Assembly (NCBI GenBank): GCA_964016885.1
Contig: OZ024746.1
Location: 65,162,001-65,226,000 of the forward strand
DNA from: Eledone cirrhosa
Lineage: Eukaryota
Direction: 5' to 3'
Length of the DNA stretch: 64,000 nucleotides
Translations under genes and position numbers: made by a program
Shown here: positions 28,246 to 41,656 of the stretch, piece by piece
How the letters are laid out: each line of letters opens with the position of its first letter
How positions within the stretch are numbered: position 1 is the first letter of the stretch
Notes under the pieces: generated by a model
What the model was told of the DNA's origin: nothing
Seen by the model: only the letters and a program-made list of their open reading frames with translations
The model's database searches: none

Positions 28246-28440
28246 ATAGGAGCGAGTAGGATCCCGACGGCTGAGCTCAAGCCATTTCGACGGCTAATTC
28301 AGTCCAGAATTCGCCGTCGAAACGGCTTGGGCTCAGCCGTCGGGGTCCTACTCGTTCCTATTACCCACTCTACTCCCCTAAGTATTGAGTACTTTGGTGC
28401 GTTATGGTCCATCTGGTTCCTTACCACATTTCCTTCGTTA
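28246..28440 (+). mobile_element. Fold-back PLE tail containing the 3' half of a hammerhead
   Basis: Imperfect palindrome 28246-28361 containing gccgtc GAA ACGGCT-tgggctc-AGCCGT C (GUC site). Same family at 39113-39311. Confidence 0.7.
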
Positions 28441-28557
28441 TATATATATATAAATATGTACATATATATATAACTTTGAATAACTTTGAAATGTTTTGGC
28501 CAGTATTGACCCAGGCCATGTCTAACTTAATAGCACCACCTGGCGAAGTCTTTCAAT

Positions 28558-29496
28558 TCAGGATTTGGGCACCATGGCCCATTCGAGAAGAGAATTACTG
28601 TTTGCGGAGACATATCCGGGTGTGGGTGGTTTGTCCGGGATTACTTGGATCAATTTGTCCAAAGACTTCTTGAATTTTGTGTGATCAGTTTCTGTTTTGA
28701 CGTGTCCTGGTGTGATGTTGAAGAGAGCAGGGCCAATTGAGGTGAAATAATTGTGCCGTATTGTTGTTATGAGTTGCGATTTAGATTTTTGTTTGGGACG
28801 GATAGCACGGGGCCCAAGCCTTGGGTGTATTTTGAGGGTGATGACAACATCATTTGGGCAGTGCTGATGAAACATTTTCCACATCATGCAGATAATATAA
28901 CGCTCTCGGCGACGTTGGAGTGAGTAAAGTTTCAGCTTTTCTAGTCGACCCCAGTAGTCAAGGTCTGACATGCCATCTATCTTTTTCGTGATTGCCCTTT
29001 GGGGAGCTTCAAGTTTTATGATACTTTGTTTCGTGTGGGGAGACCACAGTGGACAACAGTATTCAAGGTGTGGTCGGGCAAAACTGGAGAAGAGAAGGAT
29101 AATGGTGTGGGAATCTCTCGACTGAAAGGTTCTGAGGATCCAGGAATACATTCTGCGGGCCATGTCAACTTTGCTGCTTATATGCGTGGCCCAGCTTTTG
29201 TCGTTGTCCACGGTTACTCCCAAGTCTCTGATGTTGTTAGATGCCACGAGAGTTTCACCGGAGGGAAGGGATTACGGGAGTTTCAGAGCATCCTCTTTTC
29301 CAAAGTGGATCAGTTCGAATTTGTCTTCGTTCAGTAACATGTTGTTCTTTTCCGCCCATTGGGTAACAGCCAGTAGGTCTGACTGAAGGCTTATCCAGTC
29401 ATCCACGCCATTGATGACCTTTTGGAGCTTGGAATTATCAGCGAAAATTCTAATGTTGCTGTGTTTGATGATGTCAGTGATGTCATTAATATAGAT
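28558..29496 (-). pseudogene. CR1-like ORF2 C-terminal part (frameshifted)
   Basis: IYINDITD..IFADNSKL, frameshift, then RDLGVTVD...RPHLEYCCPLWSP. Confidence 0.85.
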
Positions 29497-29994
29497 CAAA
29501 TGTTCTCAACGGGGTGTATATGCACCCCCAGGGGGCGTTTCGGACTCCAGGGGGGCGTTTGGGAGTAAGGTCGCGTTAGGGGGGGGGGGGGGGCTAGGAG
29601 GCTAGGGGGTCTGGAAGACTTTACTTTGGTAAGTTTTATAAGCCATATTTGTATGTCTTTCAGACAGCCAGTGTGAATGTATTTGAATGAGCTTGCAGAC
29701 TGCATAACTATAGTCTGGCTGCAGCTGTGAGCAGGTGTGCATGCGTGTCTAAACATTAACCGGTAATTGAAATACTAAAAATGAAAAAAACCCACAGTCA
29801 TCTGGGTCAAAGGACACTTTGAGTGCAGCCAGTTAGAATCTTATCTTTCCTTCACTGATAACAATGCATTTCCTGTCTGAAATTATTGACTCAACCGGAA
29901 TGAGTTGCACTATGTAGATCTACTTTATTCCCTATTGTATAAATAATATTACAAATAAAAAAAAAGAAAGAAAACACAGAAGCGTGTTGCACAC

Positions 29995-30295
29995 ACATCT
30001 AGGAGCACATACAACACATAAGCAGGTAATACATGCATCTAAGACCATATACAACACATAAGCAGGTAATACAAACATCTAGGACCACATAACACATAAT
30101 CAGGTAAGACAAACATCTAGGACCACATACAACACAATCAGGTAATACATACATCTAGGACCACATACAGCACATAAGCAGGTAATACACACATCTAGGA
30201 CCACATACAACACACAAGCAGGTAATACATACAGCTGGGACCACATGCAATACATAAGCAGGTAATACATACATCTAGGACCACATACAACACAC
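29995..30295. repeat. ~41-bp minisatellite, about 7 copies, inside the hAT element
   Basis: acatctaggaccacatacaacacataagcaggtaatac repeated. Confidence 0.9.
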
Positions 30296-31328
30296 ATTGT
30301 TTCATGTGCTACGGACGACGCAGGAGCAATGGTCGGCCTACATAAGGGCTTCGTCACTCTTCTGAAGAGAGAAAATCTATCTGTATTTGCTGTTCATTGT
30401 GTCATTCATCGACAACACTTGGCTGCGAAGAAATTCAGCAAGCCTCTGAGCAAGTCCTTGCAGGTGGCCATTGATGTCATCAATTTTATCAAACGCCATT
30501 CCCTCAATAAACGAATTTTCCAGCAACTGTGCCAAGATAATGACGAAGAATTCATCAAGTTGCTCCTTCATACTGAAGTGAGGTGACTTTCAATGGGCAA
30601 GTGCCTTACTCACTTCTTTGAACTGTTTGACTATCATTGAGTTTCTGTGAGGACGCAACACAGAACTGTACAAGAAAACCCTCGACTGCACCTACATCTT
30701 CGACAAATGCAATAGCGTCATTTTGGCTTTGCAGGGGGAGAAGATCACCTTGCTTAAAGCAAGGAATGCTGTGAAAACATTCCTGGCCAAATTGAATGTC
30801 ATCGAAAGGAATCTTTGTTGACGGGAATTCTATAATTTTCCTAGTGTCGCCAATGTTCAAAACATTGTAAGCGATGACCAACTCCAAATTTATACCACTC
30901 ATCTCCGTGCGTTACAAAACAACATGAGAGAACGGTTTGTCAACCTTTTGCCGATGTACATCCCAATGTGGATAGCAGATGCTTTCATAGCTAACGTGAG
31001 ACGATTTGGACGTTAAATATCAGGAAGAATTCATTGAAATTCAAGCAGATGACATGATCAAAATTAGATTTCCCAAAATAGGTGAACCCCTTTTTGGGAT
31101 GCAAGAGGAAATTCAGCGTTGATTTCCACACCTACATGCAGAGGCTAAGAGCCTTTTCCAAGCTCATACTTAGCCAAGAGGAGGTTTGGTGTTGTTTCCA
31201 GACTACACAGTAAGGCTCGCAACCGCTACAATGTAATTACACGTGGAGATCTCTGGCTACATATTATGAAAATTCAGCCTCACGTCATAGAGTTAACTAG
31301 ACCCCATGAAGCTCAAGGGTCCAATTGA
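30296..31328 (+). pseudogene. Buster-type hAT transposase remnant
   Basis: CATDDAGAMVG, HCVIHRQHLAAK, LLLHTEVR*LS (W replaced by stop); frameshifts downstream. Confidence 0.85.
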
Positions 31329-31977
31329 AATGAGTCAAAGTTAAAGTAAGTTGATTTATACGAAAACTTGGATATGCTATTGTTACAAAGCAAACTAACA
31401 ATTTTTATTTGTAGTTGCAGTCTGACTGGACTGGAAACCATCTACTACAATTCAATTACTCAATTGTTGTATATATTTTACCATTTATTAATAAATATAC
31501 CCTCCCGCGTGGTCATGAAAACCCTCTTCCGTGGTCTCTAAGCTCACAAAGCAGGGGGACATCAAGTTTGATATCAACATTTATTCTGTCCATTTCATTA
31601 AAGGGAAAATTGGAAAGCTTTGAAATTATATAATTGCCACTTTCTTCCAGATAAGAGCACTCTTGGCATAGACAGAGTTGCTCTTGTATAAATGTTCAAA
31701 ATAGCTGGTATCGCCTGGTGGGAATATAACAAATTCAACTGGTCCTTATTCATAAAAAAGAACATTTATGTTCCTTTTTTTGAAATTTATTTATTTCCTT
31801 TCAAGGAATGTATTTATACTCTCAGCTGCCTGAATATTGTTAATTAATTTTTTAGTAATCTACAGATATCAAAATCAGTAGTATATTGAAAAATGGAAAA
31901 ATGGGGGGGGGGGGGGGCGTTTCGTGATTTCAAGGGACAAAAGGGGGCATTTGGCCTAAATGGGTTGAGAACTTGTG

Positions 31978-33900
31978 ATATAGATGATGAAGAGAAATGG
32001 GCCCAACACAGTGCCTTGTGGGACCCCACTACTGACTTTGGCTCGGCTGGATTTGACTCCTTCGACTACAACATGTTGGGTTCTGTTTGACAGGAAGCAC
32101 TTGATCCACTGCAGCAGCTTTCCAGTGACACCAATATTGGACAGCTTTCTCAGTAGAATGTTGTGATCAACCCTGTCAAAGGTCTTGCTGAAATCAAGGT
32201 AGATAACATCAGTGTTGGAACCCTCTCCCAAGGCTCTCAAAATGTCATCAAAGTGATGCAGTAGCTGCGTCAGGCAATCCCTTCCATTACGGAATCCATG
32301 CTGGTTGGAGTTCAGCATATTGTTACTCTCAAGGAAGTGAGTCATTCGCGATCTCACCACTCTCTCAAATACCTTAATGATATAAGAGGTGAGTGAGATT
32401 GGACGGTAATTCACGGCAAGGGATTTGTTTCCTTTTTTGAAAACTGGGAAAACAGACTGGGTTAGAAGGTTTTCTGGCACATATCCAGCATCCAATGAGT
32501 TCCGCCACAGATTGGCAAGAGGAGATGCAAGTTGGTGTTGACATGCCTTCAAGACACAAGCAGGGAACCTATCGGGACCTACTGCTGAATTATGCTTGAT
32601 TTCTTTTATTGTCGCTAAGGCATCAGGGGCGCCAAACGTTATGTCCGATAAGGTGTAATGGGGAGTAATATCGCCGATACAGCCCAGATCGGCCATATCA
32701 GGATTGCTGAAAACAGAGCAGTATTGTTTCTGCAGTATCTCACTCATGGTTTTAGCTTTGTCTTGAAGAGTGCCATTTTCATCAATTAGGGGGCCAACAG
32801 TAGAGCCAGTGATTTTGTGTTTTTTTGCAAATGAAAAGAACACTTTGGGATTGAGTTTGATCTTCTCAATGGCCCAGGCCTCTTCAGCTCTTCTCTGATT
32901 GTTGATGATAGACATCATATTGTTTTGGAGGTTATGTTTTTTAATCTCTAGTGATGAAATGGCAGTCAAGTTGGTGTGTTGCTGCTGACAGTATTTAAGC
33001 TTGTTGATTTTTTTGTTAGTTTTCTTAATTTTCCTGATGAGCGTTTTTCTATTTCTAGGGATTCTGCTCTTAGATTTGTTTATAGTTCTTAATGGGGTGT
33101 GTTTTTCACATATGTTTGTAACAGTGTCCACAAATGTCTGCCAGGACTTTTTGATGTTAGTGGGTGTGTGAGTGTGCGTGAAGGACCAGTCGACATGTGC
33201 AAGATCATGACTGATCGCTTCCCAGTTTGCATTGTGGAAATCCATAGCGTCAAACCGATGGACAGGGGAGATGACATTGGGTTTATATATTGGACGGTGG
33301 AATCTCAGATCACAGAGAACCATGTCATGATCAGAGAGTAGAGTTTTCTCCACTGCAATATTGTGGATAGTGTCAGTGTGATTGCTGAAAATTAAGTCTA
33401 GGACGTTTTTGTGGCACCTCGTTGGTTCGAGCACCAGTTGGGACAGGAAGAAATCATCCATGAAGTCAAGAAGCGATTCCACTGCTTCCCTGTCAGAGGT
33501 TGAGGCAGAAGAACCTGGTGGCAGGCTGTTTGTGGACCAGTCAACTCCGGGGAGGTTGAAGTCCCCCATCATTAAAATGTTGTCAGGGTGACAGTCTTGG
33601 ATGAAACACTTTATGCTGTTGAGGCATTCCTTGAAGCATGGTAGAGGCGTTTGGGGTGGCCTATAGAGCCCAAGTACTATTAGGTTGTTGGTTTGACTGA
33701 ATACAGTGACTGCTTCGCAGTATCCATTAGAAAATATGTTCATAGCCTCTGTTGAGTAAGAATTATGGACATAAATGGCAGTCCCACCCTTTCTTCTGCC
33801 AGCGCGATCAGCACGGATGGCTTTGACATTTTTCACTTTCACCTCGGCTTCCAAGTGGAGGTTACTGAGATGGGTTTCAGTGAGGACGAAGAAAGGGATG
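31978..33900 (-). pseudogene. CR1-like ORF2 N-terminal part (APE endonuclease + RT to motif B)
   Basis: 632-aa open frame ending at GTVLGPFLFIIYI, where the hAT is inserted. Confidence 0.9.
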
Positions 33901-34084
33901 TGGTTTGGATGGACATCAAAATGTTGAGGCGAGAGAGGATGGTTTTAATTGTTTTGGTGTGTTGTTAATTTGTTTGTTTGTTAATGGCAGAAATGGGAGT
34001 TTGTGCAGTGGGGTGATAGTGGAGGGTGCTGCTGGGTGATAGCTCGAATGTTTTTTTCCAGTTCTTTTGCCAGATTCATTATGG

Positions 34085-34583
34085 CTAAAAAGAGGAAGAA
34101 GTTTCCTGTTTAGGGGACTGTTGGTGACTGTGGTAGTGGTTATTTTTATGTAGGTTATGGTTTTTGTTTTTGCTTTTATTTTTATTTTCATTTGTCCGAC
34201 GAGTCCCCAGGAGATGAGTAAAGGGACAATCCCGGTGTAAACACAATCTGTCTCGCTGGGAAAAGTGGCAGAATTGTGGATTCCTTGTTTGAGTTATTGG
34301 TGGTTGTGTTGGTGTTAAATTAGAGTATGTATTATGGTGGTGGCTGTTGTTTGTGGGGATAGACCGTTTTGTCCTAGGTAAATGGGTGAATTTGCAGCCA
34401 CTATCCATACATATTCTATAGCGTAGAGAGTAGCGGCAAATGATGGGGTTTCGAGTGGGTGTGTATGTGTGTGGGTGTGTGTGTGTTGTGAGAGGTGTAG
34501 ATGATAGTTTGAGCTGTGTGGGAGGGAGAGTTCTTGTACTTGTATTAGGAGGCAAATTCCTTGAGATAGCAGTAGGCAAAGAT

Positions 34584-34626
<43 letters not shown>

Positions 34627-35270
34627 GCAGAGGAGATGTTGGCAGTGGTGATGATTGGACTGCTGGGGCAGAGAAAGGAAGAGGCGTTTCCTGCTGTGAG
34701 ACAGTGGCTACTGGGAGGTCAATAATTTCATTTAGTAGATCGGCCATTGTTGATGAATCAAGGAGTGGTTCACACTGTTGTTGTTGTTGTTGTTGTTGTT
34801 GTTGCTGCTGTTGCTGTTGTTGTTGTTGCTGCTGTTACTGTTGTTGTTGTTGCTGCTGTTGTTGTTGTAGCTGTTGTTGTTGCTGCTGTTGCTGCTGTTG
34901 CCGTTGTTGCTGCTGTTGCTGCTGTTGCCGTTGTTGCTGCTGTTGCTGCTGCTGGATAGCGTCCAAAGAAAAAAACACACCGTAGTTTATCCAAATGTTT
35001 ATTGATTAATTTAAAAGCAACTTCGATTTGCTTTAATTTATTTTGAATCTGTTGTTCAGATCGGGTTTTCAAAAGGTGAACTGTACGTTTAGCAATTTCG
35101 TTCAGACATGAAGCATCTATGTCTTCTGTTAGGGTAAGGCAATGCCATGTGTTTATTAGAATGTCGATTTCATTATCAGACCAGTTCTGTTTGGATTTTT
35201 GCTGGTTAGCCATTCTAGTTTGGAGTGTGTGTGAGTGTGTGTGTGTTTGTGTTTTAGTTAAGTATTTCAA
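34085..35270 (-). pseudogene. CR1-like ORF1: Myb/SANT-like N-terminus, trinucleotide linker, two CCCH-like fingers (frame broken)
   Basis: NWSDNEIDILINTW..RSEQQIQNKLKQI; CRYSLRYRICMDSGCKFTH and CHFSQRDRLCLHRDCPFTH. Confidence 0.65.
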
Positions 35271-35460
35271 TATATTTGTTTTTCTTGATATTTGATTTTC
35301 TTGTATGTGAGTGAGAAGTGTATATATAAATATGAGTATATATATATAAATATATTCTGGTTATTTGGTTGTTTGAAATTAATGAAATTAATTAAATTAA
35401 TGAAGAGACGAAAGTATATACTAATTTGTAGTTAAAGGAAAATGTACTCACAAGTTGGTG

Positions 35461-35493
<33 letters not shown>

Positions 35494-35795
35494 AATATGT
35501 ACATATATGTACATATATATATATATATATAAATATGTACATATATATATATATAAATATGTACATATATGTACATATATATATATATATATAAATATGT
35601 ACATATATATATATATAAATATGTACATATATATATATATATAAATATGTAAATATATATATATATATAAATATGTACATAAATATATGTATGTACATAT
35701 ATATATATATATATATGTACATATATATATATATATATGTACATATATATATGTAAATATATATATATATATAAATATGTACATAAATATATGTA

Positions 35796-35831
<36 letters not shown>

Positions 35832-35881
35832 TATATATATGTATGTACATATATATATATATATATATGTACATATATATA

Positions 35882-35919
<38 letters not shown>

Positions 35920-35977
35920 TATATATATGTATATATATATATATGTACATATATATATATATATGTACATATATATA

Positions 35978-36017
<40 letters not shown>

Positions 36018-36113
36018 TATATATATATATATATATATATGTACATATATATATATATATGTACATATATATATATATATGTACATATATATATGTACAT
36101 ATATATATATATG

Positions 36114-36179
<66 letters not shown>

Positions 36180-36183
<4 letters not shown>

Positions 36184-36375
36184 CCAGCATTAAACTGCAT
36201 GTTGTTTTCTTCCGCACATTTGTATATGGCATCCAGCTCCTGCTGTAAAAGGGCAGCGTCAGCGGGGTTTTTGATTGCCTGTGCTACCTTAGTGTCATCA
36301 GCATAGCTAGTGAGGGATGTTGTTGTATGTACTACAGAGGGCATGTCTGAGAGAGCCACCAAAAACAGTAGTGTA
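36180..36375 (-). pseudogene. Short CR1-like RT fragment (YADD)
   Basis: [28 protein letters not shown]. Confidence 0.8.
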
Positions 36376-36387
36376 TATATATAAATA

Positions 36388-36433
<46 letters not shown>

Positions 36434-36456
36434 TGTACATATATATATATATATAT

Positions 36457-38305
36457 AATATAAGATCAAAAGATGGTTAAAGGAGTTCAATATATTTTAT
36501 TATGCGCATTTCAAAAACAGACATCATCAAACAATAATATTTGTGTTTTCATCAGATAAAACAGGAGAACATGATATGAAGGCTAAAAAAACACTTGTTG
36601 ATAGTGCAGTTTTAAATCAACATATGAAAAGTGGTTTTAGATTGATGTGTGATATTGGGAAAAATATTTTATTTAGAGAGGGGGGGAGAGAAAAGGATGA
36701 AAAGGGAAGGAGATGAGAGGGAGAGATGGGTGATAGAGAGAAAGAGATAGTTTTTATAACAGAGAGGAGATATATTTTATATAGAGGGGTTGAAAACCGT
36801 TGGAAGATACTGTATAAATTAAACATTTTGAAAATTAACGAAGGGAGGATATGTGCGAGGAAAAAATATATTATATTTAGGGAGGGGTGGGGGTGGAAAG
36901 GATGAAAAAAAGGGAAGGAGATGAGAGTGAAGGTGGAAAGGGAGAGATGGGTGATAGAGAGAAAGAGATAGTTTTTATAACTGAGAAAAAGATATAATGT
37001 TTTAATATAGAGAGGTTGGGAACCGTTGGAAGATAATGTATAAATTAAAGGAATTTGAAAATTAACGAAGGGAAATTATGTATGGAGATAGAGAGAAAAA
37101 AATAACGAAGGGAGATTATGTATGGAGATAGAGAGAAAAAAATAATAATTGTGGGTGAATATTCTAACGTCAAAAGGAGAAATGTAGGAATTTTAAAATT
37201 AGCAAAGAGAAAAAGTTTATGTATAGGATTTGAGAAAAATAATGTGAAGTTAAAGTTTTTATATTGAATTCATATGTATTAATAATGAGTTCGTTGATGG
37301 GGAGAAAAAAATAATAATAAATTAAGGATGAAATTGAGATTAAAAAGATTTATGATAGAGAGAAAAAATAATAATGATTGCGGATGAATACTCAAAATGT
37401 CAAAAACAAATGTTATTGTTTTACGAGGAGATATAATGAGGGTGATGAGTAAACGGGTATTATAGAGTGTATAATGCCCTTTAAAGTAAGGTAGATGGGT
37501 ATATTTTAAAGAATATATGAGTATATATTAAAAAAAATATATAATAATAAATTAAGGATGAAATTGAGATTAAAAAGATTTATGATAGAGGGAAAAAAAA
37601 ATAATAATGATTGCGGATGAATATTCAAAATGTCAAAAACAAATGTTATTGTTTTACGAGAAGATAGGATGAGGTAAATGAGTAAACGAGTACTATAGAG
37701 TGTATAATGCCCTTTAAAGTAAGGTAGATGGGTATATTTTAAAGAGGTGTATGTATATGTGCCTTTGAGAAAAGATTCTAAATTGATAAAGAATTGAATA
37801 TTAACTGTATACTTTGTGAAAAGTTCTATGGAATTTATGCAGGCAGATGGAAAACAAATCCGAGCGTCTATTTATTATGGATTCTAGGTTAGAGATAATG
37901 GTAAATTTTTCATTTAGGCAGAGATTACAGATTTTAGATAGAGAACTGTTCAAGTACGAGGATGCAGAAGAAATCTTTTTCCAAAAGATGTTATATTTAA
38001 TGTTTTTGTCTTTTAAGGACCATATGAGTTCTGAGAGAGCAGTGTTAGTTCTTTTAAGTTTGTATTTGAAAGATGAATGATGATTATAGAGACGAGCTTT
38101 AAAAGAGGTGGAAGTGGAGCCAAAATAGGTGAAGGAATTGGTGCTAGTTATAATTTTACATTCATAAATGAAATGCGCATAATAAAATATATTGAACTCC
38201 TTTAACCATCTTTTGATCTTATATTATGCATACTCCAGTCCCACAAACTGTAGAGTGCTTCTTATCCGATATCTGCATTGCTTTATTGTACTACAATAAA
38301 ACTCA
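36457..38305 (-). mobile_element. 5'-truncated Naiad-like PLE (GIY-YIG remnant ~37800-38170, 3' UTR with internal duplications, HHR) with inverted tail
   Basis: Minus-strand IYECKIITSTNSFTYFGSTSTSFKARLYNHHSSF...ICNLC. 36457-36513 is inverted at 38169-38226. Confidence 0.8.
36494..36562 (-). ncRNA. Type I hammerhead ribozyme
   Basis: Minus strand gttttat CTGATGA aaacac...gttttt GAA ATGCGCAT A ataaaat. Confidence 0.8.
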
Positions 38306-38460
38306 CCTCCTATATATATATATATATATATAAATATGTACATATCTATATATATATATATATATAAATATGTACATATCTATATATATATATATAAATA
38401 TATACATATCTATATATATATATATAAATATGTACATATATATATATATATATATAAATA

Positions 38461-38534
<74 letters not shown>

Positions 38535-38540
38535 TGTACA

Positions 38541-38580
<40 letters not shown>

Positions 38581-38600
38581 TGTACATATATATATATATA

Positions 38601-39016
38601 TTAGAAAGTGAGGTTTTTTTTACAAATTGAAAAATAACCGAGGTGTCCTACACGAGTGAAAGTATAAAGAAAAAGAGATGAAATCGAAAATGCAACTGGA
38701 GTCTTATTTTTTTAAAAAATATATATATTTATTTGGTTCCTTTACCGGTTTCGCAGTTCTTCTGCTTTTCAAAAGTAGAGTTGAGATGGAGGGTCTGTGG
38801 TTTTTTCACATCTGTGAGAAAAACCACAGACCCTCCATCTCAACTCTACTTTTGAAAAGCAGAAGAACTGCGAAACCGGTAAAGGAACCAAATAAATATA
38901 TATATTTAAAAAAAAAATAAGACTTCAGTTGCATTTTCGATTTCATCTCTTTTTCTTTATACTTTCACTCATGTAGGACACCTCGGTTATTTTTCAATTT
39001 GTAAAAAAAACCTCAC

Positions 39017-39022
<6 letters not shown>
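38601..39022. repeat. ~210-bp-arm palindrome of a PLE tail with a degenerate HHR in each arm
   Basis: Centre ~38811. ctt TTGAAAA gcag-aagaa-ctgc GAA ACCGGT A aag at 38849-38884. Confidence 0.85.
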
Positions 39023-39087
<65 letters not shown>

Positions 39088-39112
39088 CATATTTATATAT
39101 ATATATATATAT

Positions 39113-39311
39113 ATAACGAAGGAAATGTGGTAAGGAACCAGGTGGACCATAACGCACCAAAGTACTCAATATTGGGGTAGTAGAGTGGGTAATAGGAACC
39201 AGTAAGACCCCGACAGCTGAGCTCAAGTCGTTTCGACGGCTAATTCTGGACTCCAGAATTAGCCGTCGAAACGACTTGAGCTCAGCTGTCGGGGTCTTAC
39301 TGGTTCCTATA
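39113..39311 (-). mobile_element. Fold-back PLE tail (half hammerhead), same family as 28246-28440
   Basis: Palindrome centred on tctgga-c-tccaga (39251). Confidence 0.7.
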
Positions 39312-39377
39312 TATATATATATATATAGATATGTACATATTTATATATATATATATATATATAGATATGTACATATT

Positions 39378-39426
<49 letters not shown>

Positions 39427-39442
39427 GTACATATTTATATAT

Positions 39443-39690
39443 ATACACTACTGTTTTTGGTGGCTCTCTCAGACATGTCCTCTGTAGTACATACAACAAC
39501 ATCCCTCACTAGCTATGCTGATGAAACTAAGGTAGCACAGGCAATCAAAAACCCGGCTGACGCTGCCCTTTTACAGCAGGATCTGGATGCCATATACAAA
39601 TGGGCAGAAAAAACAACATGCAGTTTAATGCTGGCGAATTCCAAGCTCTACAATACAAACCTCCAAATAAACATGCAATTTCGATTTTTC
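39443..39690 (+). pseudogene. Short CR1-like RT fragment, inverted twin of 36180-36375
   Basis: [22 protein letters not shown]; same start point as the twin. Confidence 0.8.
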
Positions 39691-39792
39691 TATATATATA
39701 TATCTATATATATAAATATGTATATATATATATATATATAAATATGTAATGTATATATATATATATATAAATATGTATATATATATATATAA

Positions 39793-39837
<45 letters not shown>

Positions 39838-39950
39838 TGTATATATATATATATAAATATGTATATATATATAAATATATAAATATGTATATATATATAT
39901 ATAAATATATAAATATGTATATATATATATATAAATATATAAATATGTAT

Positions 39951-39985
<35 letters not shown>

Positions 39986-40016
39986 AATATATAAATATGT
40001 ATATATATATATATAA

Positions 40017-40097
<81 letters not shown>

Positions 40098-40277
40098 ATG
40101 TATATATATATATATATATATATATAATGTATATATATATATATATATATATAATGTATATATATATATATATATATAATGTATATATATATATATATAT
40201 ATAATGTATATATATATATATATATATATATAATGTATATATATATATATATATATATATAATGTATATATATATAT

Positions 40278-40365
<88 letters not shown>

Positions 40366-40440
40366 ATGTATATATATATATATATATATATATAATGGAT
40401 ATATATATATATATATAATGTATATATATATATATATATA

Positions 40441-40550
<110 letters not shown>

Positions 40551-40551
40551 G

Positions 40552-40604
<53 letters not shown>

Positions 40605-40935
40605 AATATATATATATATTTTAACTTTGATTATATCTCATATAAAATAATACAACTGGCTTTCCACAAAATACATATAGTTAGCACCCCAAACACTTAA
40701 ATTGGGTTTATACTAACGTATAACCTAATGTATGTTGAGTGAGATGGTTACCAGTCGGACTTTAGCTTAAAGCTATCTCTGTTATTGTATTAAATATATA
40801 AATATGTATATATATATATATATATAAATATGTATATATATATATATATATAAATATGTATATATATATATATATATAAATATGTATATATATATATATA
40901 TATAAATATGTATATATATATATATAAATATGTAT

Positions 40936-40970
<35 letters not shown>

Positions 40971-40979
40971 AATATGTAT

Positions 40980-41010
<31 letters not shown>

Positions 41011-41311
41011 AATATGTATATATATATATATATATATAAATATGTATATATATATATATATATAAATAAATATGTATATAAATATATATATATATAAATA
41101 AATGAATATGTATATATATATATATATAAATAAATATGTATATATATTGTTATACTTTGGGAGGGTCATGTTGCCAATAAGAAACACACGCACCAGTTGC
41201 TTTCACTTCAATTTATTATATATTTATAAATTTATAAATTTACAAATTTACAAACTTATAAATTTCTGGTTGGTTGGTTGGTTCCACATCCAGATAGTTG
41301 TTTATATATAT

Positions 41312-41356
41312 AGTCATAGTCCTTTCGTCACACACTCTGTGACCTCTTCAGTGACT
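41312..41356 (-). ncRNA. Minimal type I hammerhead in pLTR (also 45592-45636, 49852-49896, 54109-54153, 58385-58429, 62661-62705)
   Basis: Minus strand agtca CTGAAGA g gtcaca-gagtg-tgtgac GAA AGGACT A tgact. Confidence 0.78.
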
Positions 41357-41656
41357 GGGGATCCCTTTCTTCATTTCTGTGCCTTTCCTTTCTTCTATCC
41401 TACGCCATTTTGTTTCTGTGTGTGTGTGTTGTGTGCTCAGTTTGCGCATGCGCCACATCCGGGTGTCTGTGTGTGTGTGTTCATTTTTCTATTTTTCTAT
41501 TTATATTTTTCTATTTGTTTATTTATTTATTTATTTATTGTTGGTTGGTTGTTTGTTCTATGTGTGTGTGTGTTTTCATTTTGTCCTGTGTGTGTTTTCA
41601 TTTTGTGTGTGTTTTCAATTGTAAGTTCTATGTGTGCGTGTGTTTTCATTTTGTCC

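Larger units (their letters stand above)
29497..31977 (+). mobile_element. hAT (Buster/Charlie-type) DNA transposon, defective
   Basis: Imperfect TIRs CAAATGTTCTCAAC / GTTGAGAACTTGTG. 8-bp TSD ATATAGAT at 29489-29496 and 31978-31985. Transposase remnants inside. Confidence 0.92.
28500..35400 (-). mobile_element. Near full-length CR1-like LINE (ORF1 + APE/RT ORF2) interrupted by a hAT transposon
   Basis: APE motifs TETHL, GLYRPP, MGDFN, SDH; RT motifs NYRPISLTS, YLDFSKTFD, GVPQGTVLGP, FADN; CR1-type C-terminus RPHLEYCCPLWSP..SLQRRRER. Confidence 0.9.

Noticed and set aside
29995-30295. CRISPR-like array
   Set aside because: Contiguous minisatellite without unique spacers, in a eukaryotic transposon.
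34440-34985. Poly-Cys/poly-Val ORF on the plus strand
   Set aside because: Antisense reading of trinucleotide repeats in the LINE ORF1.
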